From positions 268,307 to 332,306 of the forward strand of contig JBAOHC010000027.1 of the NCBI GenBank assembly GCA_037046735.1: a DNA stretch of 64,000 nt. The letters are read 5' to 3'. Of this stretch, positions 20,988 to 27,593 are shown piece by piece. How positions within the stretch are numbered: position 1 is the first letter of the stretch; every line of letters begins with the position of its first letter. The notes under the pieces are model-generated. The model made no database searches. It saw only the letters and a list, made by a program, of their open reading frames with translations, and had not been told where the DNA came from. The position numbers were made by a program, and so were the translations under genes. The DNA is from Candidatus Nanopelagicales bacterium. GTDB taxonomy: Bacteria; Actinomycetota; Actinomycetes; S36-B12; UBA10799.

Positions 20988-21587
20988 GTGCATATTCAGA
21001 TCTGGTCCGACGTCGTGTGTCCGTGGTGCTACATCGGCACCACCAACCTGCAGAAGGCATTGGAAGGTACGCAGGCCGACATCACCTTCCGATCGTTCCA
21101 ACTCGACCCCAGCGCGCCGACCCAGCCCATGCGGACACTGCAGTACCTGAGCGGACGATACGGGCCGCAGGCGGAGGAGATGATGGATCAGGTCACCCAA
21201 GTCGCTGCGCGAGCTGGGCTGGAGTACCACTTGCGTGACTCCTGGTCGGGACAGACCCTCAACGCTCACCGCCTCCTGCACCTCGCCGCTGATGAAGGCG
21301 TACAGGTGGCGCTGGCGCACCGCTTCTTCGCCGCCCAGTTCACGCAAGGCCGTTCGTTGTTCGAGACCGAATCGCTGGTGGACCTGTGTGTGGACTGCGG
21401 GCTCGACCCGGATCGCGTGCGGAAGGTATTGGCCACCACCGAGTACGCCGACGCCGTCCAGGGTGATATCGAGCAGGCCCGCCGGTACGGCATCACCGGT
21501 GTGCCCTTCGTCGTCCTCGACGATCGCTTGGCTGTGTCCGGCGCCCAGTCGCCTGAGGTCTTCGCTCAAGCCCTCGCGCAGGTCTGA
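20988..21587 (+). CDS. DsbA family oxidoreductase (FrnE-like)
   Basis: CPWC thioredoxin-fold motif at the N-terminus (IWSDVVCPWCYIG). GITGVPFVVLD near the C-terminus. Confidence 0.8.
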   Translation: MHIQIWSDVVCPWCYIGTTNLQKALEGTQADITFRSFQLDPSAPTQPMRTLQYLSGRYGPQAEEMMDQVTQVAARAGLEYHLRDSWSGQTLNAHRLLHLAADEGVQVALAHRFFAAQFTQGRSLFETESLVDLCVDCGLDPDRVRKVLATTEYADAVQGDIEQARRYGITGVPFVVLDDRLAVSGAQSPEVFAQALAQV

Positions 21588-21643
21588 GACCGCCGGGCCC
21601 AAGATGTGGCGAGGGCATCGCCGCAGCCACTACGGTCGCCTAC

Positions 21644-23326
21644 GTGAGCGCCCCCTCGCTGCTGCATCGGATTGCCCCGATCACGGGGTGGCTGCCCAAA
21701 TACCGGCTGGCGTGGCTGGGCCAGGACGCGGTGGCCGGGGTGGCGGTGGCGGCGGTGGCGATCCCCACCGCGATGGGATACTCATCTGTCGCTCAGGTGC
21801 CCGTCCAGATCGGGCTGTACGCCCTGCCTGCCGCACTCTTCTTATATGCCATATTCGGATCCTCCCGGCAGGTGGCCATCGGACCCACCTCCACCGTGGC
21901 GCTCATGTCGGGCGCCGTGATCGCCAGCATCGGACCCAGCGATCCGCAACGTGCCATCGCCCTTACAGCTGGGGTGGCGCTGGCGGCCGGGGGCTGGCTG
22001 GCCCTGTTCGGACTGCTGCGACTGGGGTGGATGACGGACTTCATCTCGCGACCAGTGATCGTCGGGTTCAGTTTCGGGCTGGGTCTGACGGTGCTGTCTG
22101 GGGAACTGCCCCACATCCTCGGGCTGCCACCGGAGGGCCCGCACTTCATCCAGCGGATCTGGACGACCCTGCAGAACGTCGACCAGACGAACCTGGTCAC
22201 ACTGGCGATCGGCGTGGTGGCCCTCGTGATTCTGTTCCTCGGACAGATGCACCTGCCGCGGATTCCATGGGCCCTGGTCGTCATGGCGGCAAGCGTGATC
22301 CTTTCGCGATTCTGGACCGCCTCCAATCACGGTGTGGAGGTGCTGCCGCAGGTTCCTTCCGGTCCGCCCACGTTCGCCGCACCTTTGCTGGGCATCGGCG
22401 ATCTGCGCCAGGTCGCCATCGGCGGGCTGGCCGTGGCAATCGCCGCAGTGGGTGAGGGACTGTCCGCCGCTCGTATCTTCGCTCGAACGGGCGGCTACCG
22501 CGTCAATGCGGACTCGGAGTTCCTCGGCACGGGAATGGCCAACGTCGGGGCCGGTCTGACGGGCGGCATGAGCGTGTGCGGCAGCCTCAGCCGCACCAGC
22601 ACGGCCGTCATCAGTGGGGCGAAGACGCAGATCAACGGCGTGTTCGCAGCCTTGGTGACGCTGCTCTTCCTGATGACGCTCACGTCGTCGCTGGCTGGTG
22701 TGCCGCGGGTGATCCTGTCGGCGATCGTGGTGGTCAGCGTGTGGTTCCTGCTCGATGTCTCCTCGCTGCGGATGTACAAGAGGATCCGTAAGAACGATTT
22801 CGTCGCTGCCCTCACCGGACTGGCTGGAGTCCTGCTGCTCGGTCCGCTGTACGGCCTACTCAGTGCCGTGGCCATCTCCCTGCTGGGTCTTGCCTACCGC
22901 TCCAGCCGTGTGCACGTCGATGCCTTGGGACGCATCCCCGGGGAGAAGGCCGGGTGGGGGGCGATCCAGGAGCACCCAGAGCGCCGGGAGACCCCCGGGG
23001 TACTGGTCCTGCGGTTGGACGCCCCGCTGTTCTGGGCCAACTGTGAGTCGACCCACGAGACGATCCTGTCCGCCGTCGATGGCCGCGACGATCTGCACGC
23101 ACTGATCCTGAACCTCGAGGCCTCCGGACAGATGGACACCACCACCGTCGAGATGCTGACCTCGTTGCTCGCTGAACTCGAGGCCATGTCCATCGACTTG
23201 TATATCGCCCGCCTGCAGTACCAAGCGCGCGTGGTCCTGGATAAGGCGGGCTTCACAGCCAGCCTCGGCGAGGGGCGCATGTGGCACAGCATTTCCGCCA
23301 CGGTCGAGGCAGCCCAGCGGCGCTGA
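21644..23326 (+). CDS. SulP family inorganic anion transporter with STAS domain
   Basis: 560 aa. N-terminal WLPKYRLAWLGQDAVAGVAVAAVAIPTAMGYS, a polytopic core, and a C-terminal STAS-like domain (VLVLRLDAPLFWANCE). Confidence 0.9.
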   Translation: MSAPSLLHRIAPITGWLPKYRLAWLGQDAVAGVAVAAVAIPTAMGYSSVAQVPVQIGLYALPAALFLYAIFGSSRQVAIGPTSTVALMSGAVIASIGPSDPQRAIALTAGVALAAGGWLALFGLLRLGWMTDFISRPVIVGFSFGLGLTVLSGELPHILGLPPEGPHFIQRIWTTLQNVDQTNLVTLAIGVVALVILFLGQMHLPRIPWALVVMAASVILSRFWTASNHGVEVLPQVPSGPPTFAAPLLGIGDLRQVAIGGLAVAIAAVGEGLSAARIFARTGGYRVNADSEFLGTGMANVGAGLTGGMSVCGSLSRTSTAVISGAKTQINGVFAALVTLLFLMTLTSSLAGVPRVILSAIVVVSVWFLLDVSSLRMYKRIRKNDFVAALTGLAGVLLLGPLYGLLSAVAISLLGLAYRSSRVHVDALGRIPGEKAGWGAIQEHPERRETPGVLVLRLDAPLFWANCESTHETILSAVDGRDDLHALILNLEASGQMDTTTVEMLTSLLAELEAMSIDLYIARLQYQARVVLDKAGFTASLGEGRMWHSISATVEAAQRR

Positions 23327-23338
23327 CCCGGTAACGAC

Positions 23339-23818
23339 TCAGCCGTCCAGACCCCATTGCCGGAAGGGGTTGCTGGCCAGGTTCACGTTGTAATATCTCG
23401 GGTCATCGGACACATCGAGTCCCGCCCAGCCAGGCACCGTGTACTCCTGGGAGTCCGACGCCAGTTCAATCTCAGCCATCACCAGCCCGGCATTCTCACC
23501 GGCGAACACGTCGAACTCCCAGGTGTGGCCATCGACGTCGATGAGGTGCCGGACCTTGTCGATCACCGGGCCTTGGGCCATCTCTGCCAGCATCGCCTCG
23601 GCATCTGCGACCGGGATCTCGTACTCGTACTCAGTGCGGGAGATCCCCTTGGACGTCCCCTTGATGGTCAGGAAGGCGACCTCACCCTTGATCCGCACTC
23701 GCACGGTAGTCGTGTCGGTGTGGGCCAGGTACCCCTGCACGATGCGGGTCCGCAATCGCACGTCCGACATCCACGTGTCGTTGATGACCAGGAACTTGCG
23801 TTCGATCTCTAGCGCCAT
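23339..23818 (-). CDS. CYTH domain protein (CyaB/ThTPase-like triphosphatase)
   Basis: N-terminal EIERKFLV (ExExK) motif. 159 aa. Confidence 0.8.
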   Translation of the reverse strand: MALEIERKFLVINDTWMSDVRLRTRIVQGYLAHTDTTTVRVRIKGEVAFLTIKGTSKGISRTEYEYEIPVADAEAMLAEMAQGPVIDKVRHLIDVDGHTWEFDVFAGENAGLVMAEIELASDSQEYTVPGWAGLDVSDDPRYYNVNLASNPFRQWGLDG

Positions 23819-23830
23819 GACGAGCCCGGC

Positions 23831-24655
23831 TCACTTGTCCTGGTGGCCGGTGAACTCATCCATGCTGTGGTAGACGCCCGCCTTGTCCATGTAGAAGTCG
23901 CGGATCGTGGTGGGCAGCAGACCGTAGAGGGCCTTGTTCAGCCGGGAGGTCCACGGCATGATCGCAAAGGGCTCGCCGCGCAGCATGTGGTCCCAGGTCC
24001 CGTCGACCACGTCCTCCTGCTCTAGCGTCGGGGTGAACAGGATCCCCTTGGCGCCGTCGAACATGCCGGTGTTGATGTAGGTGGGGCAGACCGTGGTGAT
24101 CTTGATGTGGTCGTGGCCGGCCTGCTCGAGTTCCAGGCGCACGGAGTCTGACCATCCGGTGGCGGCCCACTTCGACCCGCAGTAGACGGCCAGACGTGGC
24201 GTCGACACGAGTCCGGCGGAGGAGGCGATGTTCACCAACCGGCAGTCGCCACCGGCTGCGATCATGCCCGGCAGGAATTCGGCAGCGATCAGCATGGGGG
24301 CGATCGCATTGATCTCCATGACCATCTGCATCTCGCGGGGATCGTTCTCCCAGAAGTAACCGTTGCCCCGCACGATGCCCGCGTTGTTGATGAGCACGTC
24401 GATGGTGCCGACCTCCTCGCGGACCTGCGCGGCCGCCTCGGCGATCGCCGCCGCGTTGGACACGTCGACGTAGAACGACGACACGGTTCCACCGTTACCG
24501 ACGAGCTCCTTGACGGTCTGCTCGAGGGCGGCTTCGTTGACGTCCCAGAGCACCACCTCGGCGGCTCCCTCTTGCACGGCACGCAAGGCGAACAACTTGC
24601 CCAAGCCCATCGCCGCGCCAGTGATCAGAACCTTCTTACCCGCTACAGATTTCAT
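23831..24655 (-). CDS. SDR family oxidoreductase
   Basis: TGAAMGLG cofactor motif, NNAG, and the YCGSK catalytic motif. Confidence 0.85.
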   Translation of the reverse strand: MKSVAGKKVLITGAAMGLGKLFALRAVQEGAAEVVLWDVNEAALEQTVKELVGNGGTVSSFYVDVSNAAAIAEAAAQVREEVGTIDVLINNAGIVRGNGYFWENDPREMQMVMEINAIAPMLIAAEFLPGMIAAGGDCRLVNIASSAGLVSTPRLAVYCGSKWAATGWSDSVRLELEQAGHDHIKITTVCPTYINTGMFDGAKGILFTPTLEQEDVVDGTWDHMLRGEPFAIMPWTSRLNKALYGLLPTTIRDFYMDKAGVYHSMDEFTGHQDK

Positions 24656-24728
24656 GTCGCTCCTGGATGTCGATTCCCATTCACGATATCGCCGCCCGCG
24701 GGTTCGGCGCCTGTCACCGCAGGCCCAG

Positions 24729-25559
24729 TTAGGCCTGCAGGTAAGGCTCGAGCCATCCCATGATGTCGGAGAAGACCTCTTCCTGCTCAGGCTCGTTGTG
24801 CGGCTCGTGGTACAGACCTTCGTACTCGATGAGCGTCACGTCGCCGGTGACCTGCTCGACGAACTGCTTGCTGGCGCTCGGCACCGTGAGCCGGTCACCG
24901 GTGCCATGGATGATGAGCAGCGGTACCGGGAAGGTGGTCTGCTCCATCATGGCGTCCATGGCCGAGAAGGTGGCCTTCGCCAGGCCGAACGAGCCCTTGT
25001 CGTGCACCAGCGGATCAGCCTCGTAGGCCGCCACCACGGCCGGGTCCCGGCTGACCCCCTTGCTGTCCAGGCCGGTCGGCAACACGATGTCGGGGACCAC
25101 CCCGCCCAACACGTTCGCGATGGTGAACTTGACCTTCTGTTCGCGCAGTTCGGAGTCGAGCGCCGGGGCGGAGGCGATCTGCGCCACCACGGCCGGGACC
25201 TCACGCTCGGTGTAGGTCATGGTGAGCAGCGCGCCGAGCGAATGCCCGAACAGGATGGCTGGCAGGTCGGGATACCGCTGATGCGCCTCGCCCAGCAGCT
25301 CCTCGATATCCGACAGAACCTTGTCGAAGTCCATCACGCCGCGCCCGCCGGAGGACTTGCCGTGTCCCCGGTTGTCCATGGTGAGGACGGCAATCCCCTC
25401 GTCGGTGAATCTGCCGGCCAGAACCTGGTAGCGCGATGAGTGCTCGCCCAACCCGTGCACAAGGACCAGAACGGCACGGGGATCAGTGTCCGGCAGCCAC
25501 TCCTGCCAGAAGATCTCGGCTCCGTCGCGGGCGGTATGGGTGGTCTCGTTGTGCGCCAT
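24729..25559 (-). CDS. alpha/beta hydrolase (monoacylglycerol lipase/lysophospholipase-like)
   Basis: HGLGEHSSRY, GHSLGA nucleophile elbow, C-terminal GLYHEPHNE. Confidence 0.8.
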   Translation of the reverse strand: MAHNETTHTARDGAEIFWQEWLPDTDPRAVLVLVHGLGEHSSRYQVLAGRFTDEGIAVLTMDNRGHGKSSGGRGVMDFDKVLSDIEELLGEAHQRYPDLPAILFGHSLGALLTMTYTEREVPAVVAQIASAPALDSELREQKVKFTIANVLGGVVPDIVLPTGLDSKGVSRDPAVVAAYEADPLVHDKGSFGLAKATFSAMDAMMEQTTFPVPLLIIHGTGDRLTVPSASKQFVEQVTGDVTLIEYEGLYHEPHNEPEQEEVFSDIMGWLEPYLQA

Positions 25560-25671
25560 GCCCGCATTCTCCCGTGCGGGTCAAGATCGAATTCTGTCAG
25601 GGTCAGGTTCGACACGGTACCGGTTAGGTGCCTGGGGGCATGACACTGCTAACAACGGACAGGAACACCCC

Positions 25672-25785
25672 ATGGCAATCATTGTGGATCAGGCCCACTG
25701 GGTCGTCGACTTCTGCGCTGGCTGCGATCGTTTGGTGTGGATGGATCTGATGGAACAGATGTGCCCCGAGTGTCTGGGGCGCTGA
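25672..25785 (+). CDS. candidate 37-aa zinc-ribbon miniprotein
   Basis: MAIIVDQAHWVVDFCAGCDRLVWMDLMEQMCPECLGR has CxxC...CxxC. GC3 is moderately high. Only a weak AGGA lies upstream. Speculative. Confidence 0.3.
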   Translation: MAIIVDQAHWVVDFCAGCDRLVWMDLMEQMCPECLGR

Positions 25786-25848
25786 ACAGGCCGATGGCCA
25801 GGGCCCGAGAACTCCCGGAACACCTGGCCATCAACGCCTGTCGTGCGA

Positions 25849-25950
25849 TCAGCCTCGCCGACTACGGTCAGAAATGACCTCGGCCCAGTAAATGCGGGGC
25901 ACGCAGTCCAGGAATAGGAACGGTGCGGCCGCGGAACGAATGCGCTTCAT
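25849..25950 (-). CDS. candidate 33-aa small protein with near-consensus Shine-Dalgarno
   Basis: GAAGGAGG lies 7 nt upstream of the ATG. Product is MKRIRSAAAPFLFLDCVPRIYWAEVISDRSRRG. It sits at the edge of a lower-GC non-coding island with a palindrome 65 nt upstream. Confidence 0.35.
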   Translation of the reverse strand: MKRIRSAAAPFLFLDCVPRIYWAEVISDRSRRG

Positions 25951-26015
25951 CAGGTGTACCTCCTTCGTTCACCTTTCGTTAACCTAATGTACCCCATCCC
26001 TTCAGAATTATCCCC

Positions 26016-26029
26016 GTGATCTGGATCAC
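26016..26029. promoter_or_regulatory. palindrome GTGATC-TG-GATCAC (possible operator)
   Basis: Perfect 6+6 inverted repeat with a 2-nt spacer in the lower-GC stretch upstream of the candidate small ORF. Confidence 0.25.
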
Positions 26030-26144
26030 GGCGTGTTTCGTGCGTGTTTCCTAGCCCGATTCGCCTTCATACGTTCGGGTCCGGTCGGCAGCCGCCGTCG
26101 GCGAGTGCGGCTCGACGCCTGCCCCCGCTTCTTCGGCAAGTACC

Positions 26145-26284
26145 GTCCACATCTGGTTGGCGACAGACCATGATCAACCAGATGTGGATAGGCCACACGG
26201 TGCGTAACGGCGCATATCGGACAGTGGGAGGCGCGTCGGAGGTTGAGTGCGCGTCTGCGGCAGCGCACCCAACCAGATGTGGAC
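26145..26284. repeat. three copies of a 14-16 nt motif (GTCCACATCTGGTTGG; CAACCAGATGTGGA twice)
   Basis: Copy A 26145-26160. Copy B 26175-26188, the reverse complement of A over 14 nt. Copy C 26269-26284, the reverse complement of A over 16 nt. Confidence 0.8.
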
Positions 26285-26399
26285 GCAGGGAGCCCGCAAC
26301 CGATCTCGCCTGAATATCTAGGCGTCAGAAACGTTTGCGGTTGGGTGTCAACCGGACCGTTCACCCGACGGACCGCGGATTACCGACCAAAATGGGCTG

Positions 26400-27593
26400 G
26401 TGGACCTCAAGCAGTACATCGCCGCCATGACGCCGATGTTCGATGACCCGGACACGGCAGCTCGGGAGGCCTTCAGCGCGGCCGCCGTGATCCTCGGCGA
26501 TCGGCCGGCCTACGCGAAGTACCTCGGATGGTCACCGGCGGAGGTCGCGGCTCTGGCCACACACGCCGCGTCCTGGCGCACCACCGCTCCCCCGATGCTG
26601 CGACGCCTGGCCGCAGCGCAACTGAGCCAACAGGTGGCGGCCTACGCCCAGTTCCTCGTGCAGGTGACCCGCGTGGCCTGCGTGCAGTTCGCACCCGGAG
26701 ATCAACAGGCCGAACGTGACGCCAGTGCCATCGCTGCCACCATCACCCGCTTCGCCCCCGTCAGCAACAGCCAACTGGAGCCTGCCCCCGCCCCTGACGA
26801 GCAGGTCGAGGACCTCGGGCAGGCGCTGGACGATCTGGAACGGCTGGTGGGGCTGGAGGCAGCCAAACGGGAGATCAACGAGCAGGTGCAACTCATCCGG
26901 ATCACGCAAATGCGCGCCGCGGCGGGTCTGAAGAATCCCACTGTCAGCCGGCACCTGGTATTTGTGGGTAACCCCGGAACCGGCAAAACCACGGTCGCCC
27001 GGATTGTGGGCCGCATCTACAAGGCCTTGAAGGTCGTCCCCGACGGCCACCTCTTGGAGACCGACGCCTCGGGGTTGGTGGCGGGTTATGTGGGGCAGAC
27101 AGCATTGAAGACCGCTGAGCAGATCCAAGCCGCCCTCGGGGGCATCCTGTTCATCGACGAGGCGTACGGGCTGATGCGCAACGATTTCGGCCTCGAAGCC
27201 ATCGACACGCTTGTCAAAGGTGTGGAGGATCACCGGGCCGACCTGGTCCTCATCGTGGCCGGCTACACCTCCGAGATGGGCGAGTTCTTGACCGCCAACC
27301 CGGGGTTGGCCTCCAGATTGCCCACCACGATCACCTTCGAGGACTATTCCGCGTCGGAGTTGCTGCAGATCCTGCAACGCATCGCCGCCGACAACGACTA
27401 TTCGATCGGCGCTGACCCTCGCCTCATCGAGGCGATCACAGCCAGCATGGCCGAGCCTGCCTTCGGCAACGCCCGCGAGATGCGCAACCTGTTCGAAGCG
27501 GCTGTTCGTCGGCAGGCCTGGCGCCTGCGGGAGATCTCAGACGTCTCCGTCGACCAGATGAGGATCTTGACCGTCGACGATGTTCTCCCATGA
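26400..27593 (+). CDS. AAA+ ATPase, CbbX/SpoVK/EccA-type, with helical N-terminal domain
   Basis: Walker A GNPGTGKTTVA, Walker B ILFIDEAYGL. VGLEAAKREINEQVQLI and AGYTSEMGEFLTANPGLASR are typical of the CbbX-like clade. GTG start. Confidence 0.85.
   Translation: MDLKQYIAAMTPMFDDPDTAAREAFSAAAVILGDRPAYAKYLGWSPAEVAALATHAASWRTTAPPMLRRLAAAQLSQQVAAYAQFLVQVTRVACVQFAPGDQQAERDASAIAATITRFAPVSNSQLEPAPAPDEQVEDLGQALDDLERLVGLEAAKREINEQVQLIRITQMRAAAGLKNPTVSRHLVFVGNPGTGKTTVARIVGRIYKALKVVPDGHLLETDASGLVAGYVGQTALKTAEQIQAALGGILFIDEAYGLMRNDFGLEAIDTLVKGVEDHRADLVLIVAGYTSEMGEFLTANPGLASRLPTTITFEDYSASELLQILQRIAADNDYSIGADPRLIEAITASMAEPAFGNAREMRNLFEAAVRRQAWRLREISDVSVDQMRILTVDDVLP

Noticed and set aside
25486-25785. 99-aa ORF overlapping the 5' end of the lipase gene.
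   Set aside because: The N-terminal two-thirds is antisense to a well-supported gene. Only the terminal 37-aa CxxC...CxxC portion is kept, as a low-confidence candidate.
26145-26284. Possibility that the repeated 14-16-mers are a small CRISPR array.
   Set aside because: There are only three copies, in mixed orientation, with unequal spacers (14 and 80 nt) and no cas genes in the window.
26026-26364. 112-aa minus-strand ORF (and the 89-aa plus-strand ORF 26044..26313) inside the AAA+ leader region.
   Set aside because: Third-position GC is only moderate compared with real genes here. The sequence is Arg-rich with no motif, and the ORFs are largely built from the repeated 14-16-mers. I treat the region as non-coding.
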